Assembly: GCF_011045215.1 (NCBI RefSeq) | Contig: NZ_CP049201.1 | Direction: 5' to 3' (one strand) | Source: Escherichia coli | Lineage (GTDB): Bacteria; Pseudomonadota; Gammaproteobacteria; Enterobacterales; Enterobacteriaceae | DNA: 64,000 bases | Shown: positions 1 through 8,377 of the stretch, one piece after another | Layout of the letters: each line of letters opens with the position of its first letter | How positions within the stretch are numbered: the first letter of the stretch is position 1 | Made by a program: the position numbers and the translations under genes | Notes under the pieces: generated by a model | Told to the model about the DNA's origin: nothing | What the model saw: only the letters and a program-made list of their open reading frames with translations | Database searches by the model: none

Positions 1-1
1 C

Positions 2-592
2 GGTAATCCTCCGGCATTTTCCCTGACATCAGACGGGAGACTGACGGCGAAAAATGCGGATATCAGTGGCAGTGTGAATGCGAACTCAGGAACGCTCAAC
101 AATGTCACGATTAACCAGAACTGTACGATTAAGGGCATGCTGGAGGCGACCCAGGTCAGAGGAGATTTCGTTAAAGCTGTATCAAAAGCCTTCCCGAAAA
201 AAGTCGGTACGTGGGGTAACACGGAAACACCAAACGGTACGGTTACAGTCACCATCAGCGATGATCATAACTTTGACCGCCAGATTATTATTCCGCCCAT
301 TATTTTTAACGGTATAGCGTATGACGATCCGGGGAGCGGAAATAACCCAGGAGGCACGCGATACACGGGTTATGGTTTTGAAGTTCGCAAAAACGGCGTA
401 TTAATCGCATCCAGAGAAACTAAAGGGGCCATTCCCGGTAGTTACAGTGCAGTTATTGATATGCCGAGTGGCAGGGGAAGCGTCACTCTGGAGTTTAAGA
501 TTTTCCAGAAAGGCAATCAGGGGGCAGGCAATATCACCGACTGTACGGTGATTGTGACCAAAAAAGCCGCTTCCGGCATCAGTATTCGTTGA
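2..592 (+). CDS. Phage tail tip / host specificity protein J, C-terminal part (5' end lies before the window)
   Basis: The reading frame is open from position 2 to the stop at 592. It is followed by lom, stf and tfa in the canonical lambda order J-lom-stf-tfa. Confidence 0.6.
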   Translation, partial: GNPPAFSLTSDGRLTAKNADISGSVNANSGTLNNVTINQNCTIKGMLEATQVRGDFVKAVSKAFPKKVGTWGNTETPNGTVTVTISDDHNFDRQIIIPPIIFNGIAYDDPGSGNNPGGTRYTGYGFEVRKNGVLIASRETKGAIPGSYSAVIDMPSGRGSVTLEFKIFQKGNQGAGNITDCTVIVTKKAASGISIR

Positions 593-614
593 AATATTTA
601 TAACCCCAATAAAG

Positions 615-638
615 GGCGTCAGGAATGACGCCTTTTTT
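615..638 (+). terminator. Rho-independent terminator after J
   Basis: 7-bp stem GGCGTCA/TGACGCC with GGAA loop, followed by a T6 run. Confidence 0.5.
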
Positions 639-662
639 ATTGCAGAAAAGCGAGAGGTAATT

Positions 663-1262
663 ATGCGTAAAGTTTGTGCAGCAATTTTGTCCGCAGCCAT
701 TTGTCTGGCCGTATCCGGTGCGCCTGCATGGGCGTCTGAACATCAGTCCACGCTGAGCGCGGGGTATCTTCATGCCTCGACGAACGTCCCCGGCAGTGAT
801 GATCTGAACGGGATTAACGTGAAATACCGTTATGAGTTTACGGACACACTGGGGCTGGTGACGTCATTCAGCTATGCAGGAGACAAGAATCGCCAGCTGA
901 CCCGTTACAGCGATACCCGCTGGCATGAAGATTCCGTTCGTAACCGCTGGTTCAGCGTAATGGCGGGGCCGTCTGTGCGCGTAAATGAATGGTTCAGCGC
1001 GTATGCGATGGCGGGTATGGCTTACAGCCGTGTGTCGACTTTCTCCGGGGATTATCTCCGCGTAACTGACAACAAGGGGAAAACGCACGACGTGCTGACC
1101 GGAAGTGATGACGGTCGCCACAGCAACACGTCTCTGGCGTGGGGAGCTGGCGTGCAGTTTAACCCGACCGAATCCGTGGCCATTGATATTGCTTATGAAG
1201 GCTCCGGCAGTGGCGACTGGCGCACTGACGGTTTCATCGTGGGTGTCGGTTATAAGTTCTGA
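663..1262 (+). CDS. lom: Lom-like outer membrane protein (Ail/Lom/OmpX beta-barrel family)
   Basis: 199 aa with a signal peptide (MRKVCAAILSAAICLAVSGAPAWA), alternating beta-strand pattern and C-terminal aromatic residue (GVGYKF). Position between J and stf matches lambda lom. Confidence 0.8.
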   Translation: MRKVCAAILSAAICLAVSGAPAWASEHQSTLSAGYLHASTNVPGSDDLNGINVKYRYEFTDTLGLVTSFSYAGDKNRQLTRYSDTRWHEDSVRNRWFSVMAGPSVRVNEWFSAYAMAGMAYSRVSTFSGDYLRVTDNKGKTHDVLTGSDDGRHSNTSLAWGAGVQFNPTESVAIDIAYEGSGSGDWRTDGFIVGVGYKF

Positions 1263-1290
1263 TTAGCCAGGTAACACAGTGTTATGACAG

Positions 1291-1316
1291 CCCGCCTGTT
1301 CAGGCGGGCTTTTTTG
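1291..1316 (+). terminator. Rho-independent terminator after lom
   Basis: GC-rich stem GCCCGCCTG/CAGGCGGGC followed by a T6 run. Confidence 0.55.
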
Positions 1317-1326
1317 TGGGGTGAAT

Positions 1327-4300
1327 ATGGCAGTAAAGATTTCAGGTGTACTGAAAGACGGCACAGGAAAACCGGTACAGAACTGCACAATCCAGCTGAA
1401 AGCAAAACGTAACAGCACCGCGGTGGTGGTGAACACGCTGGCCTCAGAAAATCCGGATGAAGCCGGGCGTTACAGCATGGACGTTGAGTACGGTCAGTAC
1501 AGCGTTATTCTGTTGGTGGAAGGATTCCCGCCGTCACATGCCGGGACCATCACCGTGTATGAAGATTCCCGACCCGGTACGCTGAATGATTTTCTCGGTG
1601 CCATGACGGAGGATGATGCCCGTCCGGAGGCTCTGCGCCGTTTTGAACTGATGGTGGAAGAGGTGGCGCGTAACGCGTCCGCGGTGGCACAGAACACGGC
1701 AGCCGCGAAGAAGTCAGCCGGCGATGCCGGCACATCTGCCCGTGAGGCGGCAACCCATGCGACTGATGCTGCAGGCTCAGCACGCGCAGCCAGCACGTCA
1801 GCCGGACAGGCCGCTTCGTCGGCTCAGTCAGCGTCTTCCAGCGCAGGAACGGCATCAACAAAGGCCACTGAAGCATCAAAAAGTGCTGCCGCTGCAGAGT
1901 CCTCAAAAAGCGCGGCAGCTACCAGTGCCAGTGCCGCGAAAACGTCAGAAACGAATGCTGCAGCGTCACAACAATCAGCAGCCACTTCTGCATCCACCGC
2001 GACCACGAAAGCGTCAGAAGCTGCCACCTCAGCCCGGGATGCGTCGGCTTCAAAAGAGGCGGCAAAATCATCAGAAACGAACGCATCCTCGAGCGCCAGT
2101 AGCGCATCTTCCTCGGCAACAGCGGCAGGAAATTCCGCGAAGGCGGCAAAAACGTCAGAGACGAACGCCAGGTCTTCTGAAACGGCAGCGGGACAGAGCG
2201 CCTCGGCTGCGGCAGGCTCAAAAACAGCGGCTGCGTCGTCTGCCAGTGCAGCGTCAACAAGTGCCGGGCAGGCCTCAGCCAGTGCCACCGCCGCCGGAAA
2301 ATCGGCAGAAAGCGCCGCATCGTCTGCTTCAACAGCCACAACGAAGGCTGGCGAAGCCACTGAACAGGCCAGCGCAGCAGCGAGGTCTGCTTCCGCAGCG
2401 AAGACATCCGAAACGAACGCGAAAGCGTCGGAAACCAGCGCAGAATCCTCAAAAACGGCTGCCGCATCGTCAGCCAGTTCGGCGGCGTCATCGGCATCAT
2501 CGGCGTCTGCTTCAAAAGATGAGGCGACCAGACAAGCGTCAGCAGCGAAGAGCAGCGCCACGACGGCATCCACGAAGGCGACAGAGGCTGCTGGCAGTGC
2601 GACGGCGGCAGCTCAGAGCAAAAGTACGGCGGAATCCGCGGCAACGCGCGCCGAGACAGCAGCTAAACGGGCAGAGGATATTGCATCCGCCGTGGCGCTT
2701 GAGGATGCAAGTACGACGAAAAAGGGGATAGTACAGCTCAGCAGTGCGACCAACAGTACGTCTGAAACGCTGGCGGCAACGCCAAAGGCAGTAAAATCAG
2801 CCTATGACAATGCAGAGAAACGTCTGCAGAAAGACCAGAACGGCGCTGATATACCCGATAAGGGATGCTTCCTGAACAACATTAACGCGGTCAGTAAAAC
2901 AGACTTTGCTGATAAGCGTGGTATGCGTTATGTGCGGGTTAACGCTCCTGCAGGTGCAACATCTGGAAAATATTACCCTGTTGTTGTTATGCGTTCTGCT
3001 GGCTCAGTAAGCGAACTGGCATCAAGAGTCATTATCACCACGGCAACGCGAACCGCAGGCGATCCGATGAATAACTGCGAGTTTAACGGATTTGTTATGC
3101 CTGGTGGCTGGACTGACAGGGGGCGTTATGCTTATGGCATGTTCTGGCAATATCAAAACAATGAACGAGCCATTCACTCAATAATGATGAGTAATAAGGG
3201 CGATGATTTGCGCTCTGTGTTCTATGTTGATGGCGCTGCTTTCCCTGTTTTTGCGTTTATTGAAGATGGCCTGTCAATATCCGCACCTGGTGCTGATCTC
3301 GTTGTTAATGATACGACCTATAAGTTTGGGGCAACAAATCCGGCGACTGAATGTATCGCGGCGGACGTTATCCTTGATTTTAAGAGTGGGCGTGGTTTTT
3401 ATGAGTCTCATTCGTTAATCGTTAACGATAACTTGTCGTGCAAAAAACTTTTTGCCACAGACGAAATTGTAGCGCGTGGTGGTAATCAGATTCGAATGAT
3501 AGGTGGGGAGTATGGGGCATTATGGCGTAATGATGGCGCTAAAACTTACCTGCTGCTTACCAATCAAGGTGATGTTTATGGTGGCTGGAATACATTAAGA
3601 CCGTTTGCTATTGATAACGCAACCGGCGAACTGGTTATTGGAACCAAACTGTCCGCAAGTCTGAACGGTAATGCATTAACAGCAACAAAGCTGCAAACGC
3701 CAAGACGGGTTTCTGGTGTTGAGTTTGATGGTTCCAAAGATATTACTTTAACCGCCGCGCATGTGGCTGCTTTTGCCAGAAGGGCAACGGATACATATGC
3801 CGATGCGGATGGTGGCGTTCCCTGGAATGCCGAATCAGGCGCTTATAATGTCACCCGCTCTGGCGACAGCTATATTCTGGTTAACTTCTATACCGGAGTC
3901 GGAAGTTGCCGGACCCTGCAGATGAAGGCGCATTACAGAAATGGTGGTCTGTTCTACCGTTCTTCAAGAGACGGTTATGGTTTTGAGGAAGACTGGGCAG
4001 AAGTTTATACCTCGAAAAATCTTCCACCAGAAAGCTACCCAGTCGGCGCACCAATCCCGTGGCCATCAGATACCGTTCCGTCTGGTTATGCCCAGATGCA
4101 GGGGCAGACTTTTGACAAATCTGCCTACCCGAAACTTGCAGCCGCTTATCCGTCAGGCGTGATCCCTGATATGCGTGGCTGGACGATTAAGGGCAAGCCC
4201 GCCAGTGGTCGTGCCGTATTGTCTCAGGAACAGGACGGCATTAAATCGCATACCCACAGCGCCAGCGCATCCAGTACGGATTTGGGTACGAAAACCACAT

Positions 4301-4728
4301 CGTCGTTTGATTACGGAACCAAATCCACGAATAACACCGGGGCGCATACCCATAGTATTAGCGGGACTGCAAATAGTGCCGGTGCGCACCAACACAAGAG
4401 TTCCGGTGCATTTGGTGGCACGAACACGAGCATTTTTCCTAATGGTTATACTGCGATTTCAAATCCAAGCGCGGGGATTATGAGCACAACAAGCGGTACT
4501 GGCCAGACTCGTAATGCAGGGAAGACATCATCAGATGGTGCTCATACCCACTCACTGTCCGGCACTGCTGCAAGCGCAGGTGCACACGCACATACTGTCG
4601 GTATTGGTGCTCATACGCACTCCGTTGCGATTGGTTCACATGGACACACCATCACCGTTAACGCTGCTGGTAACGCGGAAAACACCGTCAAAAACATCGC
4701 ATTTAACTATATTGTGAGGCTTGCATAA
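1327..4728 (+). CDS. stf: Side tail fiber protein (Stf family)
   Basis: Long ORF whose N-terminus ([26 protein letters not shown]...) matches the prophage side-tail-fiber family. It has an Ala/Ser/Thr-rich repeat tract and C-terminal GAHTHS-type repeats. ATG at 1327 is preferred over the GTG at 1321 used by the ORF track. Confidence 0.85.
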   Translation: MAVKISGVLKDGTGKPVQNCTIQLKAKRNSTAVVVNTLASENPDEAGRYSMDVEYGQYSVILLVEGFPPSHAGTITVYEDSRPGTLNDFLGAMTEDDARPEALRRFELMVEEVARNASAVAQNTAAAKKSAGDAGTSAREAATHATDAAGSARAASTSAGQAASSAQSASSSAGTASTKATEASKSAAAAESSKSAAATSASAAKTSETNAAASQQSAATSASTATTKASEAATSARDASASKEAAKSSETNASSSASSASSSATAAGNSAKAAKTSETNARSSETAAGQSASAAAGSKTAAASSASAASTSAGQASASATAAGKSAESAASSASTATTKAGEATEQASAAARSASAAKTSETNAKASETSAESSKTAAASSASSAASSASSASASKDEATRQASAAKSSATTASTKATEAAGSATAAAQSKSTAESAATRAETAAKRAEDIASAVALEDASTTKKGIVQLSSATNSTSETLAATPKAVKSAYDNAEKRLQKDQNGADIPDKGCFLNNINAVSKTDFADKRGMRYVRVNAPAGATSGKYYPVVVMRSAGSVSELASRVIITTATRTAGDPMNNCEFNGFVMPGGWTDRGRYAYGMFWQYQNNERAIHSIMMSNKGDDLRSVFYVDGAAFPVFAFIEDGLSISAPGADLVVNDTTYKFGATNPATECIAADVILDFKSGRGFYESHSLIVNDNLSCKKLFATDEIVARGGNQIRMIGGEYGALWRNDGAKTYLLLTNQGDVYGGWNTLRPFAIDNATGELVIGTKLSASLNGNALTATKLQTPRRVSGVEFDGSKDITLTAAHVAAFARRATDTYADADGGVPWNAESGAYNVTRSGDSYILVNFYTGVGSCRTLQMKAHYRNGGLFYRSSRDGYGFEEDWAEVYTSKNLPPESYPVGAPIPWPSDTVPSGYAQMQGQTFDKSAYPKLAAAYPSGVIPDMRGWTIKGKPASGRAVLSQEQDGIKSHTHSASASSTDLGTKTTSSFDYGTKSTNNTGAHTHSISGTANSAGAHQHKSSGAFGGTNTSIFPNGYTAISNPSAGIMSTTSGTGQTRNAGKTSSDGAHTHSLSGTAASAGAHAHTVGIGAHTHSVAIGSHGHTITVNAAGNAENTVKNIAFNYIVRLA

Positions 4729-5309
4729 TGGCATTCAGAATGAGTGAACAACCACGGACCATAAAAATTTATAATCTGCTGGCCGGAACTAATGAATTTA
4801 TTGGTGAAGGTGACGCATATATTCCACCTCATACAGGTCTGCCAGCAAACAGTACCGATATTGCACCGCCAGATATTCCGGCAGGCTTCGTGGCTGTTTT
4901 CAACAGTGATGAGGCATCGTGGCATCTTGTTGAAGACCATCGGGGTAAAACGGTTTATGACGTGGCTTCCGGCGACGCGTTATTTATTTCTGAACTCGGC
5001 TTATTACCGGAAAATGTCACCTGGTTATCCCCGGAAGGGGAGTTTCAGAAGTGGAACGGCACAGCCTGGGTGAAAGATGCAGAAGCAGAAAAACTGTTCC
5101 GGATCCGGGAGGCGGAAGAAACAAAAAACAACCTGATGCAGGTAGCCAGTGAGCATATTGCGCCACTTCAGGATGCTGTAGATCTGGAAATCGCAACGGA
5201 GGAAGAAAACTCGTTGCTGGAAGCCTGGAAGAAGTATCGGGTGTTGCTGAACCGTGTTGATACATCAACTGCACCTGATATTGAGTGGCCTGTAATACCA
5301 GAAGTTTAA
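4728..5309 (+). CDS. tfa: Tail fiber assembly protein (Tfa)
   Basis: 193 aa; its start overlaps the stf stop (TAATG). Sequence and position are typical of lambdoid Tfa chaperones. Confidence 0.8.
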   Translation: MAFRMSEQPRTIKIYNLLAGTNEFIGEGDAYIPPHTGLPANSTDIAPPDIPAGFVAVFNSDEASWHLVEDHRGKTVYDVASGDALFISELGLLPENVTWLSPEGEFQKWNGTAWVKDAEAEKLFRIREAEETKNNLMQVASEHIAPLQDAVDLEIATEEENSLLEAWKKYRVLLNRVDTSTAPDIEWPVIPEV

Positions 5310-5314
5310 AATAA

Positions 5315-5340
5315 AAGCCCGCTTAAAATATCGCGGGCTT
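5315..5340. terminator. Bidirectional terminator hairpin between tfa (+) and the catalase gene (-)
   Basis: Stem AAGCCCGC/GCGGGCTT. On the minus strand it is followed by a T-rich tract (complement of TTTAAAATAAAA). Confidence 0.45.
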
Positions 5341-5428
5341 CGAAATATAAATGTATTTTCAGAGGCTAGAGCTTAGGATATCTCAGCGGCAATTAACTTA
5401 TGAGGGATAGCTAAATACCAGAAGATAA

Positions 5429-6319
5429 TTAGTTTTTACTATTTATCTTTGTTTGTGGTTCTCCTTCAGCAAGCTCAGCGCCAGTGACAGGATTGATGTC
5501 TTCATGGGATTTCAACCTTGTTGCCATAGCTTTTATCATAGCTTCTTGCTTGGTCGAAAGATTTATCGAGGCCTTCCCATCCCCACCGTCAACCGCTGGA
5601 ACTGGATCGGAAATATAGTCAAAGTTTTCATCACTGTTCCAACTACCTCTGACGTCTTCACCTTCTGACATGTTGTAATATACGTTTTTGTATTTCTCAA
5701 TTGGTGGTAATTTTCCTGGTGGAAAGGTGTTGCGAATTGAATGTAATGCTTTTTCAAATGAAAGCATGTGTGCTGCTTCCCTGGTCATTAAAAATGCCAG
5801 AGTGTCTTTTACTCCAGGATCATCAGTAACATTAATGAGACGTTCGTAAATGATCTTTGCCCGAGCTTCAGCTGCAATATTTGAACGAAGATCGGCCGTG
5901 ACTTCGCCAATAGTATCAACATAAGCTGCAGTCCAGGGTACTCCAGCTGAATTAGTTAATGCTGGGCCTCCTCCGTAGAGGAGAGAAGTTATATGGCTGT
6001 CATTGCCATTTTGAGTTAAGGAACGGTAAAGCTCAGCTTCATTCTCAGTTCCTTCAGCAAGTGCTCCTTTTGCACCTTTGTTGAGCATACCAACAAGAGA
6101 ACCAATAATTTCGAGATGACTTAGTTCTTCTGTTGCTATGTCCATCAGCATATCCCTTCGGCCTGCATCTTCATCACTTAAGCCTTGAGTGAAGTATCGG
6201 CATGCTGCTGCAAGCTCACCCTGTGGCCCGCCGAATTGTTCTAAAAGTAGATTAGCCAAGCCTGGGTTTGGCTCACTTACACGTACTGTATATTGAAGTT
6301 TTTTCACGTGTCTAAACAT
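5429..6319 (-). CDS. katN: Manganese (non-haem) catalase, KatN-like
   Basis: 296-aa protein with ferritin-like di-metal catalase features, resembling Salmonella KatN. A GAGGAGG ribosome-binding site lies 6-12 nt upstream. It is the last gene of a co-directional four-gene cluster. Confidence 0.8.
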   Translation of the reverse strand: MFRHVKKLQYTVRVSEPNPGLANLLLEQFGGPQGELAAACRYFTQGLSDEDAGRRDMLMDIATEELSHLEIIGSLVGMLNKGAKGALAEGTENEAELYRSLTQNGNDSHITSLLYGGGPALTNSAGVPWTAAYVDTIGEVTADLRSNIAAEARAKIIYERLINVTDDPGVKDTLAFLMTREAAHMLSFEKALHSIRNTFPPGKLPPIEKYKNVYYNMSEGEDVRGSWNSDENFDYISDPVPAVDGGDGKASINLSTKQEAMIKAMATRLKSHEDINPVTGAELAEGEPQTKINSKN

Positions 6320-6337
6320 AATGCCTCCTCAAAAGAA

Positions 6338-6844
6338 TTATTTTTTGGCTTCAACTCCATCAATTTCAGATCTGACCATGAATTGCTCAGTGGTGTCAGG
6401 AATATGGTTAAGAAGCCATTCAGCCATTTGTTTTTCTTCATTAAGAATTGCTTCAATAATGGGTACTGAAGCTGTATCACCCGCATTTTTGGCTGCTGCG
6501 AGAAGAGATGTGTAGCACGCAATTTCAAATTGTTCGAAAACATAGCCACTGATCGAACCTTTGACAATTTCATCAGATGGAAAAATTCCACCAATGGATT
6601 GCCCAAACGCGGCCATTTTACTCATAGAGTCTTTAATGACAGAGCGCGAAATATTATTACGATCAAGTATGCTTTCAAGCTGTGAAAGCTGGTTCTTTGT
6701 TTCGCTAATGTGCTGCTCAATTCTGGAACGTAACTCTGGATAGTTTTCTATCCGGCTGGCCATAGACTCAAGCATTTTTTCAGCTTGTTTCTCCATCGCA
6801 TGTGCATCACGAAGCCAGTCATGGTAATGTTCAATTCTATTCAT
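6338..6844 (-). CDS. yciE: YciE-like ferritin-like (DUF892) stress protein
   Basis: 168 aa; resembles YciE; tightly linked upstream of the catalase gene. Confidence 0.75.
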   Translation of the reverse strand: MNRIEHYHDWLRDAHAMEKQAEKMLESMASRIENYPELRSRIEQHISETKNQLSQLESILDRNNISRSVIKDSMSKMAAFGQSIGGIFPSDEIVKGSISGYVFEQFEIACYTSLLAAAKNAGDTASVPIIEAILNEEKQMAEWLLNHIPDTTEQFMVRSEIDGVEAKK

Positions 6845-6880
6845 AATCTGTTTATCCTAAAAGAAATTGAAGTCTATAGT

Positions 6881-7387
6881 TCAGGAGTTATCCTGAGCTT
6901 TTTTATTAACGTTATTAAATGCCAGGTCTGTTAATTTGACATCAGTAGCTTTTTCCTCTTCCAGTGTTTCTTTCAGGAGTTTAGCCGCTTTTTTATATCC
7001 TAATTGCTCAGCGAGTGTTACCAAAGTGCCATAACTGGCAATTTCATAGTGCTCTACTTTTTGTGCTGCAGCAATCAATGCAGCATCACGTACTTCATTT
7101 TTATCAGTGCTTTCAATTACCTCATTCGCCTCTTCGATAAGTCCTTCCATTGCGGCACACTTAATTCTTTTCAATTTAAGACCATCTTCAGAATCAACAA
7201 TCTGATCGATGCGTTCAATTTGACCATGTGTCTCATCAAGATGTGACTGAAAAGCAGCGGTTAATTTATCACTATATGCAGAGCGACTAAGTTTAGACAG
7301 TGCCTTTGTTAGTTGTTTCTCAGCGCTGTATGTATCCGATAATAAGTGGATGAAGATATCTTCAACAGATTTAATTTGCATAATCAC
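6881..7387 (-). CDS. yciF: YciF-like ferritin-like (DUF892) stress protein
   Basis: 168 aa; YciF-like sequence; same orientation and operon context. Confidence 0.75.
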   Translation of the reverse strand: MIMQIKSVEDIFIHLLSDTYSAEKQLTKALSKLSRSAYSDKLTAAFQSHLDETHGQIERIDQIVDSEDGLKLKRIKCAAMEGLIEEANEVIESTDKNEVRDAALIAAAQKVEHYEIASYGTLVTLAEQLGYKKAAKLLKETLEEEKATDVKLTDLAFNNVNKKAQDNS

Positions 7388-7400
7388 TCCAGAGTTTTCA

Positions 7401-7422
7401 CTGCGAGCCCGTAGGCTCGCAG
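7401..7422 (-). other. Perfect 9-bp stem hairpin between the yciG-like and yciF-like genes
   Basis: CTGCGAGCC-CGTA-GGCTCGCAG. No clear U-tract follows, so it is more likely an RNA stabiliser or partial attenuator than a full terminator. Confidence 0.3.
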
Positions 7423-7459
7423 TTAGCTTCAGTTATTCACGAATGTAGGGGATGATAAA

Positions 7460-7642
7460 TTAAGAGTCAGATTTACGGCCGCCACCATGGCTATTCTGAC
7501 CACCTTTTTTCCCTGCTTCTGATGCTCTTTGTGGATCGTTTTTAAAATTACCGCCACTATGTTGGCCGCCTTTACGACCAGCGTCAGAAGCTTTTTGTCG
7601 ATCTTCAGCGAAATTACCTGCACCGCCACGATGTTCGGTCAT
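7460..7642 (-). CDS. yciG: YciG-like KGG-repeat general stress protein
   Basis: 60 aa with repeated KGG and GGNF motifs (MTEHRGGAGNFAEDRQKASDAGRKGGQHSGGNFKNDPQRASEAGKKGG...); first gene of the cluster. Confidence 0.7.
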   Translation of the reverse strand: MTEHRGGAGNFAEDRQKASDAGRKGGQHSGGNFKNDPQRASEAGKKGGQNSHGGGRKSDS

Positions 7643-7707
7643 ATCATTTCTCCTCTGATTTTCAAATTGTAAATAACATGTGCCTTGTCAGCACCCAATT
7701 AACTTTA

Positions 7708-7770
7708 GTAACAAATAAGAAAGTGTCAAATAACAGATTGGTATGCGCATTTTGATGTGACAAATAACAG
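7708..7770. promoter_or_regulatory. Putative promoter/operator region of the yciG-like operon with direct repeats
   Basis: Two near-identical 14-mers, GTGTCAAATAACAG (7723-7736) and GTGACAAATAACAG (7757-7770), plus a partial third copy ACAAATAA (7711-7718), in AT-rich DNA just upstream of the yciG-like start. Confidence 0.3.
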
Positions 7771-7872
7771 TTGTAAAAAATATGTGCTCAGTGAGTATAA
7801 TTTATTGATATCTTAGTGATTAATGGGAAGTTTAGGTTGTAACTCAAAAGATTAATATACCCAAATTTACAT

Positions 7873-8211
7873 TTATATATTATTTGATGCTCCTGGTGTT
7901 GTTTTTCTCAATAAGAATACTCTGTAAAATAATTCAATCGTAAGATGGTGGTTATTCATATTTTTGAGATACTTCCTAATAGAGTCCATCCCTTGAATAA
8001 ATAATTGTTTTAAAATTTCGTCTAACAAACTAATTACAAAAACTTTTATATAACCCAAAGAATCATGATTATTCTTAATCGTCAAGATTTGACCGTAAAA
8101 ATTTAAGCACAGAAAATTGTGTGCAAGGATGTGTTGTTCAGTCTGTCGAACTTTCGATAGTTTGAGTATTAAATGATTTCCAGCCGTTATTGATTTTACG
8201 CGTAATTCCAT
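7873..8211 (-). CDS. Hypothetical protein (AT-rich orphan ORF, may be spurious)
   Basis: 112-aa ORF in a strongly AT-rich stretch between the stress operon and ydfJ. No recognisable motif and no obvious ribosome-binding site. Confidence 0.2.
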   Translation of the reverse strand: MELRVKSITAGNHLILKLSKVRQTEQHILAHNFLCLNFYGQILTIKNNHDSLGYIKVFVISLLDEILKQLFIQGMDSIRKYLKNMNNHHLTIELFYRVFLLRKTTPGASNNI

Positions 8212-8377
8212 AAAAAACTTATCTGTTGGAGAGTTATTTGGGGCATATATGGGACAGAAATCGGCCCCAGATAGACAGTGAGATCGATCTCAGGACGCTT
8301 TTGAAAAAATGCAACTATCTGAAAAAACGTAGAAAACGCCAAGGAACCCACAGGATGTGAAAAAACACCTGTGAATT

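Noticed and set aside
1724-2731. Long ORFs overlapping the stf repeat tract: 1724..2731 (+, 335 aa, Arg/Gln/Pro-rich), 1824..2573 (-, 249 aa) and 1919..2644 (-, 241 aa)
   Set aside because: They are low-complexity translations of the GC-rich Ala/Ser codon repeats in alternative frames and on the antisense strand, and lie entirely inside the well-supported stf gene.
4728-5430. Expected site-specific invertase (pin-like) or integrase downstream of tfa
   Set aside because: No ORF with recombinase features exists between tfa and the catalase gene; the tail module ends at a terminator hairpin.
7708-7770. Possible CRISPR array suggested by the direct repeats
   Set aside because: There are only two or three short (14-bp) repeats with unequal spacing, no cas genes and no repeat dyad symmetry; a regulatory site is a better fit.
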